Shown piece by piece: positions 14,781 to 27,363 of a stretch of DNA of 64,000 bases. Every line of letters begins with the position of its first letter. The first letter of the stretch is position 1. The position numbers and the translations under genes are program-made. This DNA comes from Octopus sinensis (taxonomy: Eukaryota), in contig NC_043001.1 in assembly GCF_006345805.1 (NCBI RefSeq), positions 129,766,001-129,830,000 of the forward strand, written 5' to 3'. Under the pieces are notes generated by a model. It did no database searches, was not told the origin of the DNA, and worked only from the letters and a program-made list of their open reading frames with translations.

Positions 14781-14947
14781 AATATGGGAAACAGAATTCA
14801 TTATCATTATGAATAAAATTTTTCTGAAAAACAGACAGGATGGTCACAGATGAAACGACATTGATTATAAGTTTACTCAATCTGAGTTACCCTAAGAGCT
14901 AAATGACAACACAATCAACAATATAAAATGTTTGCTGAATAAGTGTG

Positions 14948-15105
14948 CAGGCGTGGCTATGTGGTACGAAGCTTGCTTCCCAACCACATGGTTCCAGGTT
15001 CAGTCCCACTGTGTGGCACTTTGGGCAAGTGTCTTCTACTATAGCCCTGGGCCAACCAAAGCCTTGTGAGTGGATTTGGTAGAAGGAAACTGAAAGAAGA
15101 CTGTC

Positions 15106-15141
<36 letters not shown>

Positions 15142-15370
15142 ATGTGTGTATGTGTCTTTGTGCCTGTGTTTGTGGCTCTACCATTGCTTGACAGCCGATA
15201 TTGGTGTGTTTATGTCCACCATAACTTAGCAAAAGAGACTGATAGAATAAGTACTAAGCTTACAAAGAATAAGTCCTGGAGTTGATTTCTTCAACTAAAG
15301 CACCATTTAAGGCAGTGCTCCAGCATGGCCGCAGTCAAATGACTGAAACAAGTAAAAATGTAAAAGAAAA
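14948..15370 (+). mobile_element. SINE A, full length
   Basis: Head, internal (TG)n and tail all present. Confidence 0.9.
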
Positions 15371-15670
15371 TGAGCAAGCTAAGTCACCATATATACCTTA
15401 TCGTATGAGCTAATTTCTATATGTTTTTCTTTAAAAAATATCCAATTTGGGACAAAAAAGTACTGAACCTTTAATCTTTCTAATATAATGATGATACAGA
15501 TAATTGGAGATTATGTCCCAGATTTAAAGATGATATACAGGGTAACATAGCAGGGAATATTGTATTCAGAAAGCTGATGACAAGAGGAGTGTCCCACCAC
15601 TAAAATGTAACATACAGTAAATAGGGAAAAAGTGCTAAACAGTGCTATTGTCATATGCAGAACATGATCT

Positions 15671-15735
<65 letters not shown>

Positions 15736-16087
15736 GTGTGTGTGTGGGGTGTGTGTGTATATGTTTTTTTTCTCTCTCTCTCATTCATATACACACACAC
15801 ACACACACATATATATATACACATACATACATACATACATTTCTCCATTTTCTTATCTTATATTAGTAATTTGTGGTAAATCATTTTACCTTTGCCCATA
15901 TAATACAGTAAATGAATTGATTGCATCGCAATCATTAACATTTATGTATTAACTTTGTTGGGTACTTCACTAGCAGTATATTGGATATATGTTATCCCAT
16001 GGAGGGTTGCATTTACAACCCCTATCTCAATTTGTATATATATATATATACGTATACCTATATATATGTTTTGCAAACAACTTTCAG

Positions 16088-16150
16088 ATGCAAGTACTAC
16101 CTGCTGAGAATGCCACATACTAGAAGCCAGCAAGTGTATGGGGTCATCAG
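16088..16150 (+). other. Exon-like segment on + strand (63 nt; CKYYLLRMPHTRSQQVYGVI in the only open frame)
   Basis: ctttcag acceptor and CAG|GTGAGA donor, length divisible by 3. Could be chance. Confidence 0.25.
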
Positions 16151-16679
16151 GTGAGAATGCATGCTGTGTTGGGGCCTAACGATAACAACAGTCATCTCAC
16201 ACATACATATATATGTATATACACATACATACATATCCACACACACACATTCATACATACATATACATATACACACACATACTCACACACACACATATAT
16301 ACACACACATTCATACATGCATATGCATACATGCATATACATACACACACTCACAGGTGCAGTCATAAGCTTACAGAAATATATACATAGAATTATATAT
16401 CCACATGCATATACTTCAACAAACACCCCAAAAGAATTGTGCATAAATGCATACACTTGTCTACATACAAATATATATGTATGTATATACACAAGTAAGT
16501 GAAAAGTTAAAAAGGGAGAAAAAAATATATCTATTTCTCTGTCTAATGATAACAATTTACATAGTCATTATCGAAGGTATACATGTCATTCAATAATGGT
16601 GAATGTTTTTGCATTCTTCCTCACTGGAATTGATTTGCAAATATAGATAAAACAATAATAAAATAATAATACAAATGAT

Positions 16680-16787
16680 GATGACGATAATAATAATAAT
16701 AACAACAATAATAATAATAATAAAACAAATGATAATGATAGTAAAATAATAACACAAATGAGGAGAATACTACTAATAATAATAATG

Positions 16788-16839
<52 letters not shown>

Positions 16840-16860
16840 TGATAATAATAACAACAACAG
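16680..16860. repeat. (TAA)n microsatellite
   Basis: Directly visible. Confidence 0.95.
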
Positions 16861-17491
16861 TTACATGAGCAATAACAAGAGCAATAATTTGAAGTAGAAC
16901 AAACAGCACATTTCAACAAAACTGTCTAAATCTTAAGCTAGCATGTTTTGGTAAACATCTCAGCCAGTTAACAACAAGATTAATTCCATGTTTGTTTATA
17001 TTTAACACAGTCACAGTTAATCTCACTTTCCCCATTTCTTTCTTTCTTTCTTTCTTTCTTCGCACACACATCGTATCCATTAGATGCCATTTGTGCTCAA
17101 AGAAAAACTTGGCAAATATAAAATCAAGGTGTAACAATATAAAGAATTTTAAAGAAATAGGTATGTGCAGATGTATATGTCCTCAGGCAGGCAGACAGAC
17201 AGACACACATATGCACACACACACATATTTCTTTGGTATTTGTTCTATTTTATTTTTTCTCCTTTGCAGAATTCAAACCAGTCACTAGCAAAGTGGCAAA
17301 GCCTCTCTGTATAAGTCAAGACAACTCATACAGGTTTTGGTGACCTGCATTGATCGATGTAAGTATGCATGTTGTGCATGTGTGGATAAACTGCACTTAT
17401 GGGAGTGTATGACATGACAGAACGTGTACATGCTTCATTTATGGTTATGTAAATGAGTGTGTGTCAAAATGTATTCCATATGTATACGTGA

Positions 17492-17726
17492 AGGCGCGTG
17501 GCTCAGTGGTTAGAGCGTTGAGCTTACGATCGTGAGGTTGTGAGCTCGAATCCCGGACCGGGCTGCGTTTTGTGTTCTTGAACAAGACACTTTATTTCAC
17601 GTTGCTCCAGTGTGCATGGGCGACTGCTGGTCTTCCATAAAACAACCTTGCCCAGACTTGTGCCTCAGAGGGTAACTCACTAGGTGCAAACCCATGGTCA
17701 GTGTCTGACCGAAGGGGGTCACCACC
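17492..17726 (+). mobile_element. tRNA-derived SINE, head C + tail Z, internally deleted, 12-bp TSD
   Basis: GGCGCGTGGCTCAGTGGTTAGAGCG...CTCGAATCCCGG head; ATGTATACGTGA at 17480-17491 and 17727-17738; lacks the middle segment present in 58530-58878. Confidence 0.9.
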
Positions 17727-17759
17727 ATGTATACGTGATCATGTCTACTCAGGAAACTC

Positions 17760-18775
17760 AAATGAAGAACCAAAGAAGTCTTTTACAAATCTACATTATT
17801 TTTCTGATCATGTACATCTGGAGAATGCTAATTAGGCTGCTCTGTTCTCTTTAGGAGAACCCAAACATTTCTAGGTTTCTCTATAAGTCTGTTGTTACAA
17901 AACCCAGTACACCGATGATGACAGGAACAATTATAAATCTATAGAATGTATATAAGAGTACCAAATTTTTCGTTAGTTCTTCATAGATGTTATCCTTTTC
18001 CCCAATTTTTTAAGAGACATCCACAACCATTAGTTAACTAGTCTCAACAGCAGTACACAACTTTTGTTCCAAACCTATATGCTCACATCAGATTACAATT
18101 TTTATAGGAATGTTCCACCAGTATTCTTTATTTTAAAAAGTATGGTTACTTTCAGGGTCTGGTGTGCCTTCAGTACGGCAGCCAGTACAATCCTTCTTGT
18201 GTATAACATTGCAAACTATCTCAGTGACCACATGATGTGTCATGGAATGGTAGTCTGGAGGACATTTATGGACAGCTACTGATAATAAGAGGGATATCTT
18301 CCACACTGGTATGGCACAATTAACACTTCCTGTTACAACATGGAAGTTTAGAGGCATCCGTATCTCTTTTGTTGATCAGGTGTTTAGCAGGGGCATATAT
18401 TCCGGGTGTCCTAGGTGTGTACTGCACACCTATTGAAAATGGCAAATTTATTAAAACCACTACAAGTTTGGGCAGTATCAGAAATACACAGTTTGTATGC
18501 CTAATTTGAGTAATAGTAATTGTTAGTCATAATATGGTCAGTGTGGCAGCATACCCAATGACAACAACCATCATATATATATACCACTGGCTGGTATCTA
18601 GTAGCTTATCACCTGTTCATGGGTTACAAAGTTATAGTCTTCTAGGTGAGATGTGATATATTTTTCACTGGTCCAGGAGAGGCACTATTCCTATCAATGC
18701 GACTGGCATTCTCTAGCTTGTGGGATATGTATCCACTCATAACTTTCTGATGGCACGTGTATGTTTATATCTATG
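17760..18775 (-). mobile_element. Restriction-like-endonuclease non-LTR retrotransposon (R4/Dong-like) 3' fragment, pseudogenised
   Basis: Stop-riddled translation: SWTSEKYITSHLEDYNFVTHEQVIS(TRY)LINK..KC*LCHTSVEDIPLIISSCP (CCHC knuckle), WWNIPIK, LCTAVETS, EKDNIYEEL, RFIIVPVIIGVLGFV, ICKRLLWF. Confidence 0.8.
18389..18593. mobile_element. hAT-type MITE inserted in the R4-like relic
   Basis: CAGGGGCATATAT / ATATATACCACTG termini; degenerate 8-bp TSD GTGTTTAG vs GTATCTAG. Removing it restores VISTRYLINK apart from one extra base. Confidence 0.6.
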
Positions 18776-19734
18776 TATTTGTTATACATATCATCAAATT
18801 GTTTATAAAATGGCACATAAACATAAGTACAATTAAGAAGAAAAATTATAGTTCTTGGTTTTTCTTTACAGCTGTTTCAAAAGACTGGTGAGTGGTTGAT
18901 TCAATAATGTGCATTATATGAACAGGTGTGCAAATGATTCAACATGACATAACAAAAAAAGGCAAAAATGATATTTACACATATGTATGATATGTAAATC
19001 AATTCACACTATAAGCCTCACATCACTGAACCTTTTCATTGGCAGGAAGATATAGAATGAAAAAATCTAGTCATCATACATACTATATATAAGATGGTAC
19101 CACGTTGATAAAAGGACAGAGAAAGATGAGTGGCAACAATTGATGGGTAATACAGTGATAATAGGAAAATAAGAGGTAAAAAACAAAATCACATTAGTAA
19201 AAGTAGGGGAGAGAAAGAGAGATAGAATGGGAGATAGATAGGGGCAAGATAAATATAGGAAAGAAAGTATGTATGTATCCATGAATAAAAGACTATGTGG
19301 AAATATTTCAGGAGTGTTGATGTAAGTGGTAAACATGCTGCCATCTTTGTTTTCTTCTTGAAGATTCGTTTCTTCGGGGGGAAAAAAATATATATACGTA
19401 TATATACATACAAAAACAAAAAAATACATACATCAAGCACCGTTTTCCTCTACTTCTTCAGTGTAAGTTCTTTTATCATATTTTGGTCTTGTTTTTATAG
19501 TTTTCTTTTTTTTTTTTTTCTTTGTTTTTTTTTTGCCTATCTCGATGACTTGATAACATAAACATTTTAATCACACAGATTCCTGAAAAATCATGCATAT
19601 TTGGGTATGCTGCGTTGCAGTTGCACACATGTTTCAATAATTTCTGTATAATTTTTGTGATTATTCACTTTAAAAATCATATATGAAATAAACTGAATGA
19701 AGCACAGGTAATGTGTGGGTTTTGTGCAACTGCA

Positions 19735-19775
19735 TATATATATATATAATATATATATATATATAGACATATATA

Positions 19776-19822
<47 letters not shown>

Positions 19823-19840
19823 TATATATATATATAGACG

Positions 19841-19873
<33 letters not shown>

Positions 19874-20133
19874 TATATAGACATATATATATATATATAT
19901 ATAGACATATAATATATATAGACATATATATATATAGACATATATATATATAGACTATATATATATATAGACATAATATATATATAGACATATATATATA
20001 TATACATATATATATAGACACACACACATTTACTTCTATAGAAGCATATATACATATTTATATAATATGCATGCATATGTATGTCTATATTTATATATTC
20101 TTATGTATACATATATACATATATTTATATGCA

Positions 20134-20173
<40 letters not shown>

Positions 20174-20335
20174 TTATGTATACATATATACATATATTTA
20201 TATGCATGATATATATATATATATTCTTATGTATACATATATACATATATTTATATGCATGATATATATATATATTCTTATGTATACATATATACATATA
20301 TTTATATGCATGATATATATATATATATACATACA
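19735..20335. repeat. (TA)nGAC degenerate array, followed by 4 copies of a ~51-72 bp minisatellite (ATTCTTATGTATACATATATACATATATTTATATGCATG(AT)n)
   Basis: Minisatellite unit starts at about 20097, 20169, 20223 and 20274. Confidence 0.9.
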
Positions 20336-20609
20336 AACACACATATACACATGTGCAATTTTATATAGTTATACATAAGTACAAAAGACATATTTATATG
20401 CATACACTCACACATATAGTTATATACTTCACACACATATTATAGATGTATGTGTATTTGATTTTCATAAAATGAAATACAACCTAAATAAAAATAAAAA
20501 AATATATAGAAAGCAATAACATAGAATAATGTTGATTGGATATCTGCAAGGAAGAAAATATTGTCTCCTTGAAAGAAAGGGAACACAAGTGAATAGAGAA
20601 AGTTCTTAC

Positions 20610-20840
20610 CGTAGGGCTCTCATCTGTCAAGAATATGGGTATATCTTGGGAGATACACTTGGAAAGTTGGCTGGTTGAAGTGGAGGCTTTCACTGTCGAT
20701 GAATCAGCCAACATGTTAAGTAGTATTAGCTCAGTTGCAGATAGATGCCACCACCTGCGTGTTGCAATAGCAACCTTTTTGTGAACCGTTACACATCCAA
20801 AGGGTGTTTCTGTGGCATCACAAAAAGCATCCAAGAAGTT
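20610..20840 (-). CDS. Internal coding exon of an unidentified multi-exon gene (NFLDAFCDATETPFGCVTVHKKVAIATRRWWHLSATELILLNMLADSSTVK...TDESPT)
   Basis: Long T-rich tract ending tttacag, ACG|GTAAGA donor, exactly 231 nt (77 codons, phase 0-0), the other two frames closed, GC raised above flanks. Confidence 0.6.
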
Positions 20841-21118
20841 CTGTAAACAAACAAACAAACAAACAAATAAGTAAATAAATAAATAAATGAAAAGAAAAGC
20901 AGACAATAGAAAGATGGATAAAAGTCAAGATGGAAACACAAATAATAAAGAAGAGAGAGAATTAGCACAGATGGTGTCAGTTCATTGTTAGCCCAACACA
21001 ACATAGCTGAGTGATGGGCATAGCAAAGTATTGCTGCGGTTTTAAGAATGCTGTAAATTGTGGTTTTTAATGAAATGCTGAAAAGTCAGTCACACAGAGG
21101 AAAAATTCCTCCTTTTAC

Positions 21119-21161
21119 TTGGTTGTTAGTGTTTACGGCAGATGCATCTGGAGGAACATGG
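21119..21161 (-). CDS. Candidate 43-nt exon (HVPPDASAVNTNNQ) upstream of 20610-20840
   Basis: Strong polypyrimidine tract plus tttatccag; CAA|GTAAAA donor ends in phase 0, compatible with the next exon. Confidence 0.3.
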
Positions 21162-21959
21162 CTGGATAAATGTGTCAGAAAAAAAGAATATTAGAATATA
21201 AAACAAAAAAATAAAATAAAATGAGAATTAAAAAAGGAAACAAAACTAATAAGTAAATCGGTAGATAATAACCTCTTCATGTTTGAGTATTAATAACAAA
21301 ATGAAATTATTGATGATAAAAAAGCAAAATTGATGTCGATTTGGAGTGGACTAATCAAATATACCAGACATGGAAATAACGATTTCTTTTGCCTCAGAAC
21401 AAGGTTTTTCCCTTTTCTTTAAAAGGAGTTTGGAACACAACTGCTTGAATTGACAAAAGAATGTAACTAAAGTTCATTTTATTAACACTGGAGGTATAGA
21501 ATCTTTAAAAATTGGCTCATCGGGATTTTATTTCAGAAAAGTGAGGCACTAAACAGTGAGTGCCATGAAAAGTATTGTCTGATTCTTTATTGACTAAACC
21601 AGGAATTTATATTAAAAATCTTGCATTGAAATTGTGTTTACATATTCTTTTCAAAAATGTGAATGAACATATTTTCTTCATTTAATAAATGGGAACATCT
21701 CAAGAGATAAGGAAATAAAATACGTAAAGTGTTTCAAAATTATAAAGCTACAAATGGGTGCAGGCATTACTTTGTTGTGAAAACCACAACCATCCAGTTC
21801 CAGATAGAACTTTGTTTATGTACCGTCTACCATAGCCTCATGTCAAAGCCTTATAGGTAAAATTTGATAGACAGAAACTGGGTGGGTTCATAGATGTATA
21901 TGTATGTATGTATATACATACATAGATAGGAACATACATACGTACATATATATGATTGA

Positions 21960-22012
21960 TGATTGATTCTAGTTTCAGCTCATGAGCTGTGGCCATGCTG
22001 GGGCACCACCGT
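21960..22012 (-). mobile_element. CR1-like LINE 3' tail relic
   Basis: CGGTGGTGCCCCAGCATGGCCACAGCTCATGAGCTGAAAC on the minus strand, similar to the LINE tail at about 44380-44420. Confidence 0.5.
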
Positions 22013-22684
22013 TTGTTAGTAGAGGATAACAAAAATTACAGTGTTAAATGAAAATATTTGATGCTATTTTGATTACTCTTTGAAAAGATTAATAGAACAC
22101 TAGGGGGTCGATATAATCAACTAAAGCCAGCATGATCCCAGACCAGTAAGCAAAAATAGTAAAGAATAAAAGAAAACTTGAGGATTCATTTCTGTTTCCT
22201 GCTATATTTTCTTGCTGATAAGAGAATCTTTCAAACGAAAGTGAGAAATAATTTCAATATGAATTTGTAAAAAATAGGAAAATTCTAAACAAAGCTATAA
22301 AATAAAGAAAGAAATAAAAAAAATAAAGCACTCTAATTTTTTTTCATGGAGGTAGCTGCAAATATAAGGTAGCTTTTATTTCAAAGCACACCTGTTTTGT
22401 GGACATATTTTTACTTTTTATCAATGAAATGGCTTGAGGTAATACAAATGAAGATGCTACTTTATGTTAGCTATCTGTGTGTCAAGGAGTTCTGGGTTCA
22501 ATTCAATGAAAAGTGCATTTAATTTTTTTTACAGATATATGGAAATGCTGATGCTACATAGATTCAATGGTCAATGGTATTCCATTTGTGACTGGCCACT
22601 TCACTAATTTCTTAATCTAGTATCATAATGTCCAATGTTTCTTTCACTTAAAAAAAAAGGCAGGATGTGATTTGAAAGAACTTA

Positions 22685-23259
22685 CCGTATTTGATGGCAT
22701 ATAGGACGCACTTTTTTCCAAAAAATTTGCCTAAAAAAATCGCCCTGCGTCTAATATGCGAAGTCAAGACCCTTCCGTAGGCTAATCTTCTCCCAGACGC
22801 TCACTAACCTAGCTTACGATAAGTATTTCTACCTACGCTAATGATATTTTCCGTACTCATGCATCATTATTTTATTGCTAGTATTATTATTATTATTATT
22901 ACCAGTATTATTACTTTAAAATACGAATTATTGTAAAAATCAAAGCAATCTACCGTAAATTGTTAGGCTGCGATCCATGACACACATTTACTAATATCAG
23001 CTGATCAGAACCCTAACTTGATGCCATCTGACGGTGAGGAGTAAAACTACGGAATGCATATGATCGTTGCGAGTTTGTGTATATACGGAGGTAGGTTGGA
23101 TATCTTGGTACAACAAAGTTTATGATCATAACAAAACACACTACAACAGTACAAGCACCCTCACGGCTATGGCAATATATGCTTAAATACACTTAAAACT
23201 TTTTTTCCTGAATTTGACCTGCTGAAATGAGGGTGCGTCTAATATGCCGTCAAATACGG
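22685..23259. mobile_element. pogo/Tigger-type (Tc1/mariner superfamily) MITE, 575 bp
   Basis: TIRs CCGTATTTGATGGCATATAGGACGCAC / GTGCGTCTAATATGCCGTCAAATACGG flanked by TA on both sides. Confidence 0.85.
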
Positions 23260-23289
23260 TAGTTTACTAGCTTAAGTTTTTAGCAGATA

Positions 23290-23490
23290 GAAAGACTGCA
23301 GGCCAATAGAATCATTAACAGAGGGGACAAAATGCTTAGTGGCACTTTTTCAGGCTCTTTTACATTTCAAGTTCAAATTCCGTTAAAGTTGGCATAACCT
23401 TTCATCCTTTTGGCTGTTGAGAAAAGGGATCGCTATACTCAACTAATGTTCTCACTCTAAAATTGATGGCTTTGTACCAAAATTAGAATT
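23290..23490 (+). mobile_element. SINE D (diverged)
   Basis: AAGTTCAAATTCC and CCTTTCATCCTTT core. Confidence 0.65.
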
Positions 23491-23610
23491 CTCTTTTTTT
23501 CTTAGCAGATTGCATGGTAAATTTGACGGCTTAAGACCTTCAGAGTGAAGAAATATGTAACAGCTGTAAATCATGGATATACTGAATGACATATGTAAAA
23601 ACACTTTTTA

Positions 23611-23995
23611 ACAGGCATGGCTGAATGTTAAGAAACTTGGTTCCCGACACATGGTTCTGGATTCAGACCTACAGTGTGACATGTTGCACAAGTGTCTTCT
23701 ACTATAACCTTGAGCCAACCAAAGTCTTGTGAGTGGATTTGGTAGATGGAAACTTAAAGAAGCCTACTGTGTAGCATATGTGTGTGTGTATGTGTGTGAT
23801 TGTCCCTCATCACCACTTGACAACCAATGATGGTGTGTTTACATCCTCGTACCTCAACAGTTCAGGAAAAGAAATCAATAGAATAAGTATCAGGCTTAAA
23901 AAAAATACTGGGCTCGATTTATTTTACTAAAATCATTCCGGGCAGTGCCCCAGCATGGCCACAGTCTAATGACTGAAACAAGTAAAGGATAAAGA
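23611..23995 (+). mobile_element. SINE A (diverged)
   Basis: Collinear head, body and tail. Confidence 0.8.
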
Positions 23996-24039
23996 AATTG
24001 AAAAGTCATTTTTACATGGAAAAACAATACAAAGTGTTG

Positions 24040-24300
24040 GAGACATTTGTTAGAAACTTTATTCCTGGGGCAATAATGCCAGCATAACAATGCTTAATTT
24101 CACCAGTGTTATATACTTGTTCTGCTGTTAAATTGTCAGTGATGAGCTTTGCACACTCATCTATGAATCTTTCAGCTATCTTAATAGTCATTAGGTGCCT
24201 CAATACCACGAATTATTAAATATTTAGCCATGCCTTTCCTTAAACTTTTGTAACAACATTTTATGAATATTCAGAGCTACCTTCAATTATAGTTTGTCAT
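24040..24300 (-). mobile_element. Tigger/pogo (Jerky/CENP-B-like) transposase relic
   Basis: IAERFIDECAKLITDNLTAEQVYNTGE resembles the A..F...F.KLI....LT.EQIYNADET motif; upstream QKFKERHG resembles WL.KFK.RHG. Confidence 0.7.
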
Positions 24301-24331
24301 GATAGATATTTTTCCCCCTTCAGTCCATTAA

Positions 24332-24552
24332 CCCTTTTGTCACCAACCCGGCTGAAACCAGCTCTGGCTCTGAGTACAAATGTCTTACTTTCATAAGTTT
24401 TTAATTAAAATCTTCCACCAAACCTTAATGACAAGTTATGTTCCTGACACTAGCTGAATGATAACTAAGTTATTTTATCAAATTTTTTTGTTATATTTTA
24501 AGTAATTGAAAGAAACACAGAGCATCTCAAAATAAATACAGTAACAAAAGGG
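24332..24552 (+). mobile_element. piggyBac-type MITE family F, 221 bp
   Basis: TTAA|CCCTTTTGTCACC...GTAACAAAAGGG|TTAA. Confidence 0.85.
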
Positions 24553-24680
24553 TTAAGCAACAAAAGTTCATTCTAACATGTGTATCTATGCTTGCTCAGT
24601 TATGCAACTGCAGCAGAAAAATTCGTACACAGTTTGCATGTATTATTACTCTGTGTGTGTGTGTATATATATATATATAT

Positions 24681-24842
24681 ACAGGAGTGGCTGTGTGGTA
24701 AGTAGCTTGCTAACCAACCACATGGTTCCGGGTTCAGTCCCACTGCGTGGCATCTTGGGCAAGTGTCTTCTGCTATAGCCCCGGGCCGACCAATGCCTTG
24801 TGAGTGGATTTGGTAGACGGAAACTGAAAGAAGCCTGTTGCA

Positions 24843-24883
<41 letters not shown>

Positions 24884-24946
24884 ATGTGTGTGTGTGTTTG
24901 TCCCCCTAGCATTGCTTGACAACCGATGCTGGTGTGTTTACGTCCC
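24681..24946 (+). mobile_element. SINE A, 3'-truncated (part of an inverted duplication)
   Basis: Near-identical to the reverse complement of 25795-26040. Confidence 0.9.
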
Positions 24947-25637
24947 ACAGTCATGACCTTCAGGTTTTGCTCTATGCAATGTTTTTGTATTTTGCATAGA
25001 TCTACAACTGTTTATCCCGTTTACTTACAGTTATATATAGTAGGTGTTTTGATGCCAACTTTTTTAATGTGAAGTTTCACACAAACACTGCTGTCAAGTT
25101 TTTCCACCAAGTTGGTTTTCTGTGGTATCAATGAATATAAATACGTCCTTTTTTTTTCTGTTCCACTTTTATCTATAATGATGTCTACAGATCATTTCTA
25201 TGCTTGCATCGCTCAAATGGAAATTGTTGAGCAGATGTCCTTCCTGTCACCAACCTTCACTTGTTCCAAGTAAAATAATATTTTCCTTCAGCCGGACATG
25301 TTTTCATAGATGAGTGGAAATGAACAACACTGCTTGTATGACAGTGACACTTGTTTACAACTATTACACGATGTCAAGAGAAAGAGACAAACACACACAC
25401 ATGCATACAATTTACTTACTTGGCATTGGTCACCCCAGGGCTATAGTGGAAAGCACTCGGTCAAGGTACCATAGTGGGACTGAACCCTAAACACTATGAT
25501 TGGGAATCAAAACAACTTAACCATTCAGATATGTTTATGCCTCTCTCCCCATATGTGTGTGTGTGTGTGTATGTGTGTATGTGTGTGTGTGTGTATGTGT
25601 GTGTGTAGGGGTGTAACCAACTATACGAGTGTATATA

Positions 25638-26040
25638 CCCTTTACTCTCTTTTATACTCTTTTACTTGTTTCAGTCATTTGACTGCGGCCATGCTGGAGC
25701 ACCGCCTTTAGTCAAGCAAATCGACCCCGGGACTTATTCTTTGTAAGCCCAGTACTTATTCTATCGGTCTCTTTTGCCGAACCGCTAAGTGACGGGGACG
25801 TAAACACACCAGCATCGGTTGTCAAGCAATGCTAGGGGGACAAACACACACATACACACATATATATATATACATATATGCGACAGGCTTCTTTCAGTTT
25901 CCATCTACCAAATCCACTCACAAGGCATTGGTCGGCCCGGGGCTATAGCAGAAGACACTTGCCCAAGATGCCACGCAGTGGGACTGAACCCGGAACCATG
26001 TGGTTGGTTAGCAAGCTACTTACCACACAACCACTCCTGT
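25638..26040 (-). mobile_element. SINE A, full length, young
   Basis: Complete head, body and tail. Confidence 0.9.
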
Positions 26041-26469
26041 ATATATATACACACACACACACAGAGTAATAATACATGCAAACTGTGTGCAAATTTTTCT
26101 GCTGCAGTTGCATAACTGAGCAAGCATTGGCACTGTGAATGAACTAATTAAGCAAAATACTACACATCAATTAGATAAGAAGGAATGATGTAAGGTATAT
26201 TCATGTGTAATGTAGCTAACTCACACTGCAGCTCCAGTGTTTTTTTTTTGCTTTTTCTCATAGCATTTTTAAAATGAGTGTTTACTACCAGGCACTGACT
26301 TCTAAGTTTACCTTATATGCTTACTTATCTTATTGCAGTCTTCTATTAATTTATGTTGCCAATACTTGGTCTAGAATGCATAAACAACATAGTAATTTAG
26401 TTTTGTCCAGGTTAGTGTAAACTATACATATATCTATCCTAAAACTAAGGCACTACATAAAAAACAATT

Positions 26470-26660
26470 GTGATGGTGCCACGTAAAAAAGCATCCAGCA
26501 CACTCTGTAAAGTGGTTGGCATTAGGAAGGGTATCCAGCTGTAGAAACCAAGCCAAAGTAGACTATGAAACTTGGTACAGTTCCTGGCCTTGCCGGTCCC
26601 TGTCAAACTGTACAACCCATATCTGTATGGAAAACAGATGTTAAATGTTGATGATGATGA
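26470..26660 (+). mobile_element. Retroposon E fragment
   Basis: TTGGCATTAGGAAGGGTATCCAGC...TTAAATGTTGATGATGATG. Confidence 0.75.
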
Positions 26661-27159
26661 TAATGAAAATAAGTCAAGGTAAATAATGCCAAAATAATTT
26701 TATGCACCGGTTACAGTCATTGAAACTTTTTCAACTCTAAGTATGGAAAACAATTAAATTTTGGAAAAACTGGATGAAAAATTTTTTAAATGAATATTTG
26801 CATAGTATTCAAATACAAGGGGCATTTTCCTTGTTTCTGCCTGTCTCTGTCTCTCTTTTTTACTGTTGTGGGTTCGAGGTTGTTGTGAATTCTTGGCAAA
26901 TATTAAAAACAATACATTCAGAAGAGATACCTCAAGAATTCAATAACTACTACCATCCACAACAAGTCAATTTCAGGGCACTTGACCATTTAACATCCTA
27001 CTACTATCATACCACTCCCGCATTCTTCTTCTTCTTCTTCTTCTTCCAAGAATTCACAATTTTCCATACACACACACACATATATATATAGTTTTTAGAA
27101 AAACATAAATCCAGGAGTAGAAGCACACTCTAAAATATAGAGCAGTCTACATTTTTTTC

Positions 27160-27322
27160 TGGTGAAGGCCAGTTCATGGGGTTACCCTGGGCTTCCCATC
27201 CATAAAGAACCTCTTTAAAATATCTTAAAGAGATCTTAGCCCAACAGGTCTTGGGGTCTGACTATACACCATAAGGTTAAACTCTTTATGGACAGGTAAC
27301 CCCATAAACCAGCCTTCATCAG
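27160..27322. repeat. Small degenerate inverted-repeat element (MITE-like)
   Basis: GGTGAAGGCCAGTTCATGGGGTTACC vs reverse complement of GGTAACCCCATAAACCAGCCTTCATC; the left arm is also seen at about 805-850. Confidence 0.5.

Positions 27323-27363
<41 letters not shown>

Noticed and set aside
20964-21161. In-frame TGA (21084-21086, minus strand) within a longer open frame, suggesting selenocysteine or readthrough
   Set aside because: A splice donor upstream of the TGA gives a phase-compatible exon, no SECIS was identified, and the downstream donor would be very weak.
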